Of a DNA stretch of 64,000 nucleotides, positions 1-11,061 are shown in pieces (position 1 is the first letter of the stretch; the number at the start of each line of letters is the position of its first letter). The stretch comes from an uncultured delta proteobacterium. GTDB taxonomy: Bacteria; Desulfobacterota; Binatia; UBA9968. The notes below the pieces were generated by a model. It ran no database searches and was not told where the DNA came from. It worked only from the letters and a program-made list of their open reading frames with translations. The stretch covers positions 288,001 to 352,000 of the forward strand of contig CAVTUQ010000007.1 in assembly GCA_963737905.1 (NCBI GenBank), given 5' to 3'. A program made the translations under genes and the position numbers.

Positions 1-990
1 AATTCTCGGGTAGTCTTGAATATCAGCGTCGTAGAATTCAAGCCCGCGCGTTCCCGTATCTTGCGGGGCCGGCGGATACTCGTCCATGAAGCGCTTGCCG
101 AATCGATCGACGGCGATCCAGATCATCTTGCGATTCTCGTTTCTTGGGCCGGCCCAAACGTGCCGGATCGCAAACGGGAGCTCGGGAAATTTAAATCCAT
201 AGCCACCGTGGAAGTGCCACATATGCCACAGAGCTGCGCCGGCTTTCTGTGCCATTTTAACGCCGTCGCCGGTGTTGCCGAGATAAACCGGATATACCGG
301 CTGGGCCTCGAAATATTGTAACTTCATGGCGTCGTCATTTTCATAGCCACCACAAGCCAAAATGACGCCTTTCTTGGCTTTGACCTTGAGTTCTATTCCG
401 TCGCTTCCAGCCACGAGTCCCAGGACTTCACCGTCCGGTCCGGTGACAAGCTCTTTCGCCGGAGTTGACAGCATCACTTCGATCTTGCGCGCGTTGACAT
501 TGTCATAGACGACCTTGAAAAGTCGGGCGCCACCTCGGAGGCCCTTGGCCCAGGGAAATTCTGAATAAGCGGGAAAGTCTTTTAGCTTTATCGAATCGAT
601 GTCGTTGGTTCCGGGAAATGGATAGGTGCCGTGGCCGCGTGTCTCTGTCTGTGTCGGCTCAGTGCCGCTAACTTTCGCCAGTGTTTTAAGCCAATCGATC
701 ATGCCGACCATTTCCTCCGCCATGGTGTGGAGAATGTCGTCCGGCGTTGTGCCGTTGCAAGTCCGCTTTAGATATTGAAAAGCGCCTTCGGCATTGCGGG
801 CAAACGCAACCCCGCCGCCCGAGAGTATGGATATTCCACCCGGGTTCGGCATCTTTTCGATCAACAAGACCTTTGCGCCGGCGTCATGTGCGGTGATGGC
901 AGAGATTCCGCCGGCCGCGCCGAAGCCGACAACGATTACATCGACTTCTTTGTCCCAAATTAGAGACCTACTCGTTGTGTTCACAAACAT
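1..990 (-). CDS. FAD-dependent oxidoreductase (FAD_binding_2; ketosteroid dehydrogenase / fumarate reductase flavoprotein-like), runs off the window edge
   Basis: Manual translation from ATG at 990 (AAGGAG upstream) gives MFVNTTSRSLIWDKEVDVIVVGFGAAGGISAITAHDAGAKVLLIEK..GGISILSGGG, with the GxGxxG dinucleotide motif. Absent from the ORF track, presumably because its stop lies outside the window. Confidence 0.85.
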   Translation of the reverse strand, partial: MFVNTTSRSLIWDKEVDVIVVGFGAAGGISAITAHDAGAKVLLIEKMPNPGGISILSGGGVAFARNAEGAFQYLKRTCNGTTPDDILHTMAEEMVGMIDWLKTLAKVSGTEPTQTETRGHGTYPFPGTNDIDSIKLKDFPAYSEFPWAKGLRGGARLFKVVYDNVNARKIEVMLSTPAKELVTGPDGEVLGLVAGSDGIELKVKAKKGVILACGGYENDDAMKLQYFEAQPVYPVYLGNTGDGVKMAQKAGAALWHMWHFHGGYGFKFPELPFAIRHVWAGPRNENRKMIWIAVDRFGKRFMDEYPPAPQDTGTRGLEFYDADIQDYPRI

Positions 991-1013
991 CGCTCCTTAC
1001 TGATCGGTCAAAT

Positions 1014-1137
1014 GTTCAAGTCGTTCAAAACGTTCAATCCGATCAATCCCCCTCTTACATCTCCCCCGCGACGTCGGGGGAGAGATAGTGGGGGTTTGAA
1101 CGAAGCGCAGCGGTTGAACGACTTGAACTTTTTGAAC
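1014..1137. repeat. Intergenic inverted array of 9-nt periodic units (GTTCAA x3 / TTGAAC x4) around a GC hairpin
   Basis: GTTCAA at 1014, 1023, 1032; TTGAAC at 1096, 1114, 1123, 1132; inner CTCCCCCG..CGGGGGAG. Confidence 0.75.
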
Positions 1138-1148
1138 CATGGAAATTG

Positions 1149-2258
1149 TTACAACCGCTCTTCCAACCAATCCAACATGTAGGGAACATTATGCGCCCAA
1201 TAGTCGTGGCTGCAGTGGATTCTTCCACCGGCGTCATGTTCATCGTAGATCTTTAACGTTTTGTCCTTGGCGCCGATCTCGGCGAACAGCCGCTTGGCGC
1301 CCTCGACCGACATCAACGTATCGGCTGCGCCGTGGGTGATCAGGGTAGGGCAAGTGATATTCTTTGCGATACCTGCCATCGTAAAGTCACGCAAGAGCCG
1401 GCGCGCTTCGTCATGACTGACACCGCCAAGCAGCCGTTGCACGGTCGGCTGCAGGTGATGGCAGAAATCATAGAGATCCTCAAGGATGCTGTAGCATCCG
1501 CTCCAGCCAATGAGGGCTTTGACTCGCTTGTCGAACGCGGCTACTCGCGGCGCGTAGTAGGCCGCCATGCTGATACCGACAAGGGCGATGCGATTGGGTT
1601 CTACTTCTGGTCGCGAGACGAGATAATCGACGCATGCCTTTCCAGGGACTTCGTAATCCGGCCGCGTTTTGATTCCTTTGAGATAGATGGAAGAGCCGCG
1701 GCCCGGTGTATCAACGAGCAAGACAGCCCAGCCGCGTTCTAACATTGGCTTAGCTCCAAAGTAGATCTCCTCAGCATAGGCATCCGCGCCACCGAGAAAA
1801 AGCACCGCGGGCCACTTGCCCGGTTTTGGATTGACGGGATAACAGAAATATCCGTCGTAGTCTTCGTCGCCGCAGCGAACCGAGATCACCTCGATTTTGG
1901 GCTCGTGAAGTTTGGCGCCGGCACGGAAGCATTCCTGGGCTTTACGGAAGCGTTCCGCTTTTCTGTCGTTTTGTTCATACGTCAAAAACACATCGGACAT
2001 TCGGTAGTATTGGTTGGCCTGAAAGAAGTAGGGGATCGCCGTATGGCGCCGGCCGGCCGCTTCAGCCGACTTCGCCTTGGCTTCAATCGTTTGTGCCAGT
2101 TCGAGCCATTCCCGTTCCCAACCCGCTTTGTCGCCCGGTTCGATTCTGGAGCAGGTGCGGGCGATATCGAATACGTCGCCGCCGCCTTGCTGTGCCTGGG
2201 CCACAAGGCGAAGGGTTTGACCTCCGAAGGGATGGGTTGGCGTGAAGAAATCAAACAT
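1149..2258 (-). CDS. Alpha/beta hydrolase (2,6-dihydroxypseudooxynicotine hydrolase / FrsA-like)
   Basis: 369 aa; GGAD, DTPGRG, nucleophile elbow GISMAAY, C-terminal HCSHD. Confidence 0.85.
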   Translation of the reverse strand: MFDFFTPTHPFGGQTLRLVAQAQQGGGDVFDIARTCSRIEPGDKAGWEREWLELAQTIEAKAKSAEAAGRRHTAIPYFFQANQYYRMSDVFLTYEQNDRKAERFRKAQECFRAGAKLHEPKIEVISVRCGDEDYDGYFCYPVNPKPGKWPAVLFLGGADAYAEEIYFGAKPMLERGWAVLLVDTPGRGSSIYLKGIKTRPDYEVPGKACVDYLVSRPEVEPNRIALVGISMAAYYAPRVAAFDKRVKALIGWSGCYSILEDLYDFCHHLQPTVQRLLGGVSHDEARRLLRDFTMAGIAKNITCPTLITHGAADTLMSVEGAKRLFAEIGAKDKTLKIYDEHDAGGRIHCSHDYWAHNVPYMLDWLEERL

Positions 2259-2622
2259 TTGCGTCTTCCTCGTTTTTCGTCAGAGCTATAAAAATGACTT
2301 CGAAAAGACCACTCACTTCAGAGAAAGTTTCTGTTTTTAAAGCCAATGCACAAAGACGGCGGCAGCTTACCGCAAAAACGCTTTCGTTGGTAGCGTTCAA
2401 CTGAAGCGAGAGACACAGTTTGAAACTGTTTGAAGCTAGATTATCTTGACAGTCTTCTTTCCCCTTGGTATTGATTTTTTATCGACATAACGGTCAAGAG
2501 CCTCCTCAACTTTGATGGGCTTCTGAATTTGAGGTTGAACAGATGATGCAAGCCGGTTGCTTTTGCGTTTTTCGCAAGGGTGGACTGGTTTTTTTGTTTA
2601 ATCAATCGCAACGGGAGGCACA

Positions 2623-2941
2623 ATGGCCACCTACGTTGTTCTCGTCAATTTCACCGACCAAGGCATCCGTCACATCAAGCAAACCACGGAGAGAGCAAAG
2701 CAGCTTGTCAACGCTGCGTGCAAATTTGGGAATAACGATCAAAGACATCTATTGGACGATGGGTGCGTATGATGCGGTTTTTACCGCGGACGGTCCGGAT
2801 GATGATACCATGACAGCCTTGGCCGTCAGCATGGGATCGATTGGAAATATTCGTACGCAAACGATGAGGGCCTTTTCAGCGGACGAAATGAAGCGCATAC
2901 TGGATAAGCTTCCAACAGTAGATTTCACTTCACGCGGGTAA
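2623..2941 (+). CDS. GYD domain-containing protein (one frameshift near 2720)
   Basis: GGAGG RBS then MATYVVLVNFTDQGIRHIK; after the frame change YWTMGAYD...GNIRTQTMRAFS. Confidence 0.8.
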
Positions 2942-2974
2942 TAGCGCGGCCTTTTTGCTAGAAAGGAAGTCACC

Positions 2975-4765
2975 ATGGCAAAAGTCGATCTCTCAATCGC
3001 AATAGGCGGTGCGGCGGGTCAGGGAATCGCCACGCCCGGCGATATCCTGGCGCGGATCTTCGTCCGTCGGGGGCTGCACTTGAACGCCTATAATGCGTAC
3101 CAGTCGATCATTCGCGGCGGCCACATTTTTCTCACGCTTCGCACCAGCGATGAACCGGTTCTCACGTTCGGTGACAAGCTCGACGTTTTGATGCCCCTCA
3201 ATCAGGACACGATGGATCGCCATCTTCGCTTAATGAAATCTGGTTCGCTTGTCCTTTACAACGGCGATAAGATCAAACCGGGCGAAGCTGAAGCCGGCGT
3301 CCAGCTTTGTCCCTTTTCGGTGAAGGAGTTGGCGCCGAACATCAGAGGAGATCTGGTTCAAAACACGATTGCTTTGGCGGCGGTGCTGCGCCTGATCGGC
3401 GTGGAGTTCAAGATCCTCGAAGACATCCTCACTCTACAGTTCAAAAGAAAAGGGGAGACCGTCGTTGCCGAAAACGTCGGAGTGGCCCGCGCCGGTTACG
3501 ACTACGCGGGTGCGCATTTCAAGCCGTTCGCATTCGCGCTGCCCGACACTGGAAAAAAACTGGCGTTCTTCGAAGGCAACCAGGCGCTGGCCATGGGAGG
3601 AGCGGCGGCGGGCGTGCGTTTTTACTGTGCCTATCCGATGAGCCCGGCATCCGGTGTGCTTCACTGGATGGCCCGACATGGGCGCCAGTTGGGCATCATG
3701 GTGCGTCAGATTGAAGACGAGATCGGAGTTATCAACGTAGCCATCGGCGCTGCCCATGCCGGATGCCGGGCGATGTGCGCCACTTCGGGGGGCGGCTTTG
3801 CGCTGATGAGTGAAGCGCTGGGATCGGCGGCCATGATGGAGATACCCGTCGTCTGTATCAACGTTCAGCGCGCCGGTCCAGCGACGGGCGTGCCGACCAA
3901 AACCGAGCAAGGTGATCTCTGGCAAGTCATGGGAGCGGGCCAGGGAGATTATCCGCGTATCATTGTGACACCGACGAATATCCCGGACTGCTTCAAAACA
4001 GTGCCCGAGCTGTTTAATCTGGTGGATAAATTTCAGTGTCCGGGCATCGTCATTTCAGATCTCTTGCTTTCCGAGGGTCGTTCCAGTGTGGACCCGGCCG
4101 AATTAGACTTCAATGTTCCCATCGATAGAGGTGAAGTCATCGGCCTCAACGGTAGCGTCCCGCCCGTCAATGGCGGCTACAATCGTTATCAACTTACGGA
4201 TACCGGCATCTCTCCTCGGGCGCTGCCAGGGACGGCGGGATACGCCCATGTGGTGGCGACCGATGAACATGACGAGGATGGCGTGCTGATCAGCGATGAA
4301 TTCACCAACCCGCACAAGCGCCAGGCCATGCATGAAAAACGCATGCGCAAGATGGACGCGATTCTGCCGCTCCTGGATCCGCCTAGGCTTTTCGGACCAG
4401 AGGACGCGCAGGTGACCTTGATGGGTTGGGGCTCGACGGAAGGGGTCATTCGCGAAGCCATGCAAAAGTTAGCAAACGAAGAAGGGGTTGCCGCCAATAA
4501 CCTCCAGATCAAATGGATGGTTCCTCTCCATTGTGAAGCGATCACGACGATAGTTTCCAAGTGTAAGAAGCTCATCATCGTAGAGAATAACTACAGCGGA
4601 CAGTTCGCGCGCTACCTGCGCTCCGAAACCGGCATCGTCGCCGACGGTGACATTCGTAAGTACGATGGCGAGCCCTTTATGCCGCATCATATTGTCGATG
4701 GCGTTAGGAAGATTTTGGCGGGCACAACTCAGAAATATGTTCCCGTCCATGAAATCATGGTCTGA
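2975..4765 (+). CDS. korA: 2-oxoacid:ferredoxin oxidoreductase subunit alpha (fused gamma-alpha)
   Basis: GGAAGQG, YQSIIRGG, YPMSP, EDE, ATSGGGF, QRAGPATGVPTKTEQ motifs. Confidence 0.93.
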   Translation: MAKVDLSIAIGGAAGQGIATPGDILARIFVRRGLHLNAYNAYQSIIRGGHIFLTLRTSDEPVLTFGDKLDVLMPLNQDTMDRHLRLMKSGSLVLYNGDKIKPGEAEAGVQLCPFSVKELAPNIRGDLVQNTIALAAVLRLIGVEFKILEDILTLQFKRKGETVVAENVGVARAGYDYAGAHFKPFAFALPDTGKKLAFFEGNQALAMGGAAAGVRFYCAYPMSPASGVLHWMARHGRQLGIMVRQIEDEIGVINVAIGAAHAGCRAMCATSGGGFALMSEALGSAAMMEIPVVCINVQRAGPATGVPTKTEQGDLWQVMGAGQGDYPRIIVTPTNIPDCFKTVPELFNLVDKFQCPGIVISDLLLSEGRSSVDPAELDFNVPIDRGEVIGLNGSVPPVNGGYNRYQLTDTGISPRALPGTAGYAHVVATDEHDEDGVLISDEFTNPHKRQAMHEKRMRKMDAILPLLDPPRLFGPEDAQVTLMGWGSTEGVIREAMQKLANEEGVAANNLQIKWMVPLHCEAITTIVSKCKKLIIVENNYSGQFARYLRSETGIVADGDIRKYDGEPFMPHHIVDGVRKILAGTTQKYVPVHEIMV

Positions 4766-4864
4766 TCTGGCCATTGAAACGGCCCATTTGCTTCGTTGGC
4801 GCGAAAGTCCCTAAACGATTTGAACGCCTTGAACGGCTTGAACGGTTCCTGGAAGGAGTAATCT

Positions 4865-5803
4865 ATGAGCGTAGATCCAGTCGATATAGAGGCGAGAATC
4901 TCGAAGACGGGCCACCAGCCGCCCGCGGGCCCGCGGGTAACCGTCAAGGATTTTAAAGGCAAGGTAGACCCGGACTGGTGCCCGGGCTGCGGCGACTTCG
5001 GTGTTCTTACAGCATTAAAGCAGGCGCTCGCCGAGTTGAATCTGCACCCTCATCAGGTGATGACCATCAGCGGCATCGGCTGTTCTTCCAACCTGCCCGG
5101 GTATCTTAGCACCTACGGTATGCACACCTTGCATGGACGCGCTTTGGCAGTGGCGACCGGCGCCCAGCTTGCCAATCACGATCTCAAGATCATCGTCACC
5201 GGGGGGGACGGCGACGGCTACGGCATCGGCGGCAACCACTTCGTTCACTCCATGCGACGCAATGTCGATCTTACCTATATTGTGATGAACAATCAGATTT
5301 ATGGGCTTACAACCGGACAGATCTCTCCGACCAGCACTAAAGGGATGAAAACCAAGAGCACTCCTACCGGCAGCGTGGAGAATCCTATTTTTCCCGTTTC
5401 CCTCGCGATTGCTGCGGGGGCGACCTATGTGGCGCGAGGATATACCGGACAGGTAAAACATCTCGTCGATCTCATCAAAGGCGGCATCCAACACAAGGGA
5501 TTTGCGCTCATCGATGCCTTCAGCCCATGCGTGACCTTCAATCTCGACAACACCCACGAGTTTTTCAAACACCGGACGAAAAAGTTAGAAGACATGGGGC
5601 ATGATCCGACCGACTTTGCTGCCGCTATACAAAAGAGTTACGAGTGGGGGGATGAGATTCCCATCGGCCTTTTTTGGAAGCGAGAAGATCTTCCCGCGCT
5701 GGATCAACTCGAGCCGATTCTTGACGAAGGCGGTCCGCTCGCCCGGCGCCCTCTCGGAGTTTCTCCGGAAGTGGCGCGATCCTTGGTCCGAGAGTTGATG
5801 TAG
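4865..5803 (+). CDS. korB: 2-oxoacid:ferredoxin oxidoreductase subunit beta
   Basis: WCPGCGDF, GIGCSS, TPP motif GDGD...NN, YGLTTGQ, SPCVTFN. Confidence 0.93.
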   Translation: MSVDPVDIEARISKTGHQPPAGPRVTVKDFKGKVDPDWCPGCGDFGVLTALKQALAELNLHPHQVMTISGIGCSSNLPGYLSTYGMHTLHGRALAVATGAQLANHDLKIIVTGGDGDGYGIGGNHFVHSMRRNVDLTYIVMNNQIYGLTTGQISPTSTKGMKTKSTPTGSVENPIFPVSLAIAAGATYVARGYTGQVKHLVDLIKGGIQHKGFALIDAFSPCVTFNLDNTHEFFKHRTKKLEDMGHDPTDFAAAIQKSYEWGDEIPIGLFWKREDLPALDQLEPILDEGGPLARRPLGVSPEVARSLVRELM

Positions 5804-5998
5804 CGCAGGGTTCCTGCGGTTTCGCGTCCCGAGTCTCGGGTTTAGAGTTAAATCTGAACCCAAAACGGGATTCCCTCATCGTTTTGCGCCACCTGGCGCT
5901 TCGGTTGACAGAGAAAGCCTGAATAGCAATACTCCCGGCCAGCGCGAGTTCGCGTATCGCTACGCGAAATTATTGACCAACAAACGGAGCCCCAAAGA

Positions 5999-7111
5999 AT
6001 GAAATCTGGATTCAAGATCATGGACTCGGACATGCATCTGCGAGAGCCCGCCGATCTATGGGACAAATACATGGAACCGGAGTGGCGCGAGCGTGCGCCG
6101 AAAGTGCTCAGCTCCACGGCGCGCAGCTCGGCGATGGTGATGATCGACGGGAAAATTCTCCGAGGCTACCAACCGACCTATCGCGGCGGGATTTTCGATG
6201 CTACTCGAATTGATAAAGAGATCGCGGATTATCGGGCGCAAGGCTTCGACGCCAAGACACAGTTGCGGGCGATGGATCGCGAGGGTTTGGACGTGGCGGC
6301 GCTTTATCCGTCCATCGGCTTGGGGATTATGATGCGCGACGATATGGACCCGAAGCTCGCCGCGGCGATTTCGCGCGCCTATAACAACTGGCTCTACGAT
6401 TTCTGCCAGACCGACCCGAAACGTTTAAAAGGCGTCGGCATGATCCCGCTCCACGATCCCAATGAAGCTGTCAAAGAAGCGCAGCGCGCCGTCGGCAAAC
6501 TGGGCTTCGTCGGCGTCTTCGCTCGTCCCGAGCCGCTCCTGAACATGCCCTGGCATGCGCGCTATTTCGACTCGGTGTGGTCTTGTCTGGAAGAGTTGGG
6601 CGTTCCCATCGGCTTTCATTCCGCCACGGCAGCGGGCGAGGTGCCGCAGATTGGCGACCGCTTCGGCGACAATCTCTTGCTCCGCCATGTGGTCTCTCAT
6701 CCGCTGGAAAACATGCTTGCCATGGTGGATACCATTGGCGGCGGGGTCTGTGAGCGCCATCCGAAGCTCAAACTCGCCTTCTTGGAATGTTATTGCGGCT
6801 GGGTTTCGTTTTTACTGCACCGGATGGACAATGCTATGGAGAAAGGGCGTTTCCCGACAGCGGGCAAACTAAAACCAAGTCAGTATTTCAAACGCCAGTG
6901 CTGGATCTCCACGGAGCATGAAAAGGAGCTGCCGATGATCATCGATCTCATCGGTGATGACAAGATCGTTTTCTCCACCGACTATCCTCACGGCGACTCG
7001 GACTTCCCGCATGCCGTTGAAGAGTTTCTGGAGATGGATGGGGCGTCGGACGAGAGCCGAAAGAAGATTCTTTGGGATAACTGCGCGCGACTATACGGGC
7101 TAGCCGGATAA
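5999..7111 (+). CDS. Amidohydrolase family protein (amidohydro_2)
   Basis: DSDMH, AYNNWL, FSTDYPHGD, ILWDNCARLY. Confidence 0.9.
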   Translation: MKSGFKIMDSDMHLREPADLWDKYMEPEWRERAPKVLSSTARSSAMVMIDGKILRGYQPTYRGGIFDATRIDKEIADYRAQGFDAKTQLRAMDREGLDVAALYPSIGLGIMMRDDMDPKLAAAISRAYNNWLYDFCQTDPKRLKGVGMIPLHDPNEAVKEAQRAVGKLGFVGVFARPEPLLNMPWHARYFDSVWSCLEELGVPIGFHSATAAGEVPQIGDRFGDNLLLRHVVSHPLENMLAMVDTIGGGVCERHPKLKLAFLECYCGWVSFLLHRMDNAMEKGRFPTAGKLKPSQYFKRQCWISTEHEKELPMIIDLIGDDKIVFSTDYPHGDSDFPHAVEEFLEMDGASDESRKKILWDNCARLYGLAG

Positions 7112-7405
7112 TCGGGGAGTTGGAGTAATGGAGCGCTGAGTGTTGGGTCTTTTCCCCTTCGACGGGAGCGACCTCGCACTGGGAGAGGGAAGGAGCTTTT
7201 ACTAGTCAAGGCCGAAGCGTAGTTTTTCATGAATTGGTGATAAGGTGTCCCTGCCTTGGCAGTTCTTAGGCTTCAGAAAGAACCCGGTTCGTTGAGGTTA
7301 CGCTAGGCTAACGGAGATTGAGCCATTCCGACTAGTTGGATACAGGTAGTTTGCGATTGTTTTGCCAGTGATGCGGTTCTCTACTCCGGGCACGCTAGGC
7401 GCGAG

Positions 7406-7651
7406 ATGCTTGCGGAGGAATTTGGTATAATCACCGACCGTGAGGTGGGTGAAGCGATGGCGTCGCCGGAGCTAATCGAGGAATATCCCGATGATAGCCC
7501 ATATCCCAGTTGTTTGGTTCTAGGTTTTACGAGAGCAGGCCGACCCCTGCACATCGTGGCTGCTCATGATCAGGCGGCGTATGAAATTGTAGTTGTAACC
7601 GTATATCACCCTGATCCGGACCAATGGGAAGACTACCGAAGGAGAAAATGA
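7406..7651 (+). CDS. DUF4258-like putative toxin (true start probably slightly upstream)
   Basis: IEEYPDDSPYPSCLVLG...PLHIV...VTVYHPD; overlaps the next gene (ATGA). Confidence 0.75.
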   Translation: MLAEEFGIITDREVGEAMASPELIEEYPDDSPYPSCLVLGFTRAGRPLHIVAAHDQAAYEIVVVTVYHPDPDQWEDYRRRK

Positions 7652-7881
7652 TGAAATGTATCATTTGCAATGGCGAAGAAATTTCCCTAGCAGAGGTCTT
7701 TGAGGAAATCGGTGTCGGTTCGGATATTGTAAGGGTTCCGTTGACCCTGATGCTGTGTCGAAACTGCGGTGAGCGCTACTATACGCGGGCAAACATGCGC
7801 CATCTAGAATGCGTTCGCGAAGACATCGCTAACAAGCGAGCGCGTCTCAACGAAGTGGGGAAGATCCTGCAGTTCAAATGA
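7648..7881 (+). CDS. YgiT-type zinc finger protein (MqsA-like putative antitoxin)
   Basis: MKCIICNG...CRNCGERYY; two CxxC pairs; coupled to the DUF4258 gene. Confidence 0.8.
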   Translation: MMKCIICNGEEISLAEVFEEIGVGSDIVRVPLTLMLCRNCGERYYTRANMRHLECVREDIANKRARLNEVGKILQFK

Positions 7882-8033
7882 ACCCCCTTACATTAACTGT
7901 AGTCATTGACTGGTCAGCCTGAACCCAAAAGCAATTTAGTTCGCCCTAACTTAAAAACATTCATGCAGATCTTCTGGCAGCCGAGTCTGGATCGGCCCGA
8001 TTGCCGATCTGGTTCTAAAGGGAACGGTGGAAT

Positions 8034-8258
8034 TTGTTCGATGAGGGTGGACTTATGTCTTACGGGGTGGACTACGATGATCTCTATCGTCGAGCGGCTG
8101 TTAATGTGGACAAGATCTTGAAAGGCGTCAAACCGGCTGATTTGCCGGTGCAGCAGGCAACGAAGTTTGAGTTTGTCATCAACCTGAAGGCGGCAAAACA
8201 GATCGGACTGACACTTTCGCCCGAGTTCATTGCGAGAGCGAATAAAGTGATTAAATAA
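8034..8258 (+). pseudogene. C-terminal remnant of an ABC transporter substrate-binding protein
   Basis: GGLMSYG..LYRRAA..VDKILKG.KPADLPVQQ.TKFEFVINLKAAKQIGLT with no N-terminal part. Confidence 0.8.
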
Positions 8259-8259
8259 T

Positions 8260-8420
8260 AAAATCCGAAATCCGAATATCGAAATTCGAAACAAACTCAG
8301 ATAGAAATAAAGCTCAAATCGGGAAAATCCAAAACACGGAATCCAAAGGCAGTTTTTTGGAATTTGTATGTTTGGTCATTCGAAATTGTTTCGAATTTCG
8401 GGTTTCGTGCTTCGAATTTC
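8260..8420. repeat. Intergenic inverted array of 7-nt units (AAATCCG/ATATCGA ... TTCGAAT/TTTCGGG)
   Basis: aaatccgaaatccgaatatcgaaattcgaaac mirrored by gtttcgaatttcgggtttcgtgcttcgaattt. Confidence 0.75.
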
Positions 8421-8438
8421 TAGTGTTGGAGGTGGACA

Positions 8439-10689
8439 TTGGCATTTCGCACCATAGGAAAGGCGCTGCCCCGCATCGAGGGCGAAGGGAAAGTCACCGG
8501 TCAAACCAAATACGCGGCGGATTTGCCGTTCGAAGATTTATTGTGGGCTAAGGTGCTGCGGGCTTCGGTGCCGCACGCGCGCATTGTTAAAGTCGATACT
8601 TCGAAGGCCAAAGCATTGAAGGGTGTCCGCGCTGTTCTCACCGGGGCGGATGTCAAAGACATTTTCGTTGGCACGCGGGTTAAAGACCAACCCGTGTTGG
8701 CTTATGACAAAGTGCGCATGTGCGGGGATGCGGTCGCGGCGGTGGCTGCCGACAGCGAAGCAATCGCCGATGAGGCGATCGGACTGATCGATTTCGAATA
8801 TGAGGAGCTACCCTACGTCGACGATCCCGTCGAAGCATTGAAGCCGACGGCGCCGCTGATCCACGAAGACCGGAACAAGTACAAGTATATTCCGAAACTG
8901 CCGGAAGGCATGTCAGGGCACAATCTGCAGTCTCACGTCGTATGGAAAAACGGCGATCTGGACGCGGGCTTCGCCAAAGCGGCGCGGATCTTCGAGCACA
9001 CATTTCGCACACCGCTCTCCCATCACGGCTACATCGAGCCCTGCGCCTGCACTGTGCAAGTGCACTCAGACGGACGCGTCGAAGTCTGGCCGTCGAATAA
9101 AGGGCCGTGGGGCTTGCGCGACCAGATGGCCGAAGACTTCGGTGTGCCCAAGGAAAAGATCAAGGTGCACATCGTTCACGTCGGCGGCGATTTCGGCGCC
9201 AAGGCGTCGTTGATCGATGTGCCCATCGCTTACTATCTATCGAAAGCAGCAGGGGGAAAGCCCGTTAAGCTCATTTTCGATTACACCGAAGAGCTTCTCG
9301 CCGGCGGTCACCGCCATCCGGCGGTACTTTCACTCAAAACCGGCGTCGCGGCGGACGGGACGTTCACCGCGATCAAAGCGGATATATATTTTAGCGGCGG
9401 CGCCTACGGCTCGCAGAAAGCCAACCCGCAAGTCACCGTGCTCGGAGGGCGGCGTTTGGCGAGCATGTATAGAGTGCCGGCGATTAGCTGCGAGACTTAT
9501 TGCTCATACACCAATCACGTTCCGTGCACCCAAACGCGCACGCCGGGCAGTCCGCAGGTCGTGTTCGCGTTCGAGTCGCAGGTGGACATTATCGCCAACG
9601 AGATGGGCATCGATGCACTCGAATTGCGCCGAAGAAATATTCTGCACGACGGCGATGCCAATCCCATGGGTGAAAAGTGGACCGATATTCTTATGGGGGA
9701 AGTGCTGGAACGCGTCGTCAAGACTTCCGGCTGGAAGAAGAGTGGATCGAAGAAAAACCGCGGCTGGGGCATGGCGCTCTATGACCGCGGCACGCCGGAA
9801 GGGAAAGCGAGCTCGGCATTGACGCTGGAGGCCGATGGCAAGATCAACATCCTCACCGGCGTGCCCGATGTCGGCCCCGGATACTATACCGTCAGCCAGC
9901 AGATGGTCTGTGAAACGCTCGGGCTGCCGCCGGAGAAAGTTGGGCGTGGTTTTCAAAGACACCGATAGCTTGCCTTTCGATCCCGGCACGGGCGGCAGCA
10001 AACAGACGAATACTTCCGGTCACGCGGTCAACCAATCGGCCGATGAGGTGCGCGAGAAGCTGATCAATTTGGCGGCGCGGGAGTTGGGCTGTCAGCCGGA
10101 GGAGATTCGGCAGCAGGGCGGCAAGCTCACGGCGCCCAACAAGAAGTCGACGACGACGCAAAAGATGATCGAGCTGGCCGTGAAAGAAAACGGTGGCCCC
10201 GTCTTTCACCTGACCAATTTTGTCCCCAAGGACATGCCGAAGGTCACCGGATTCGCCGCGCAAGTGGCTGAGGTGGAAGTTGATCCGACTACCGGCGGCG
10301 TGCGGGTTTTAAACTTGACGACGGCGCACGACACCGGCACAGTGCTCAATCATCTCACCCTGACCGGTCAGATCGAAGGAGGTGTTGTCACCGGGTTCGG
10401 CTTTGCATTAATGGAAGAAAATCCAATGATTGACGGCAAGATCGCGACATTAACTTTAGGTGAGTCGAAGTTGCCGTGCATCGCCGACGTGCCGCCGTTG
10501 AAGACTGTATTGGTCGAGAGCCCCACCGGCCCGACGCCATTCGGGGGCAAGGCCATCGCCGAGAATCCCAACGTGCCGACGGCGGCGGCGATAGCCAATG
10601 CCATCGCCGATGCCTGCGGCGTGAGGCTGTTCGATCTCCCGCTGACAGCGGAGAAAATTTACTGGGCGTTGCAGCAGAAGAGAAATTGA
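8439..10689 (+). CDS. Xanthine dehydrogenase-family molybdopterin-binding subunit (one frameshift near 9943)
   Basis: ORFs 8439-9968 and 9835-10689 join into an approximately 750-aa protein: GKVTG, HGYIEP, VGGDFGAK, GQIEGG, KAIAE; collinear with the paralog at 14117. Confidence 0.9.
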
Positions 10690-10782
10690 CCGTCAACAAC
10701 GCAGAGTACGCAAAGTAACGATTTACCACGAAGTGATTCATGATCTTACGCTCGCCCACAGAAGATGAAAATGGAAAGCTTC

Positions 10783-10879
10783 GTCATGCCGGCATGGATG
10801 GCCGGCATCCAGGTGCGTAGGATGCGTCCGGAGACATCCATGTCGGCCTGGATTCCAGCGCTCCATGCTGGAATGACGG
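10783..10879. repeat. REP-like palindromic element (GTCATGCCGGC...GGAATGACG type)
   Basis: Terminal inverted repeats cgtcatgccggcatgga / tccatgctggaatgacg. Confidence 0.7.
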
Positions 10880-11061
10880 AATCTAGGAGTCGTACTGAGA
10901 CTGACCCAGGCCCTCCACCCCTCGTATTTTCAAAGGAGGACGCGAAGATCACGAAGTTTAAGATGATTGATCTCCGAAACTTGTCCGGAGCCTGCCCTGA
11001 GTCCGGCCGAAGGGTTCGCTTCGTGGTGCGCATGCTGTTTGCCCAGTGGAGACTTGATTCG

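Noticed and set aside
9930-9960. Programmed frameshift in the XdhA-like gene
   Set aside because: No slippery heptamer; the paralog is intact; similar indels occur across the window
10746-11033. ORFs spanning the REP-rich gap
   Set aside because: They are translations of palindromic repeats and show no protein features
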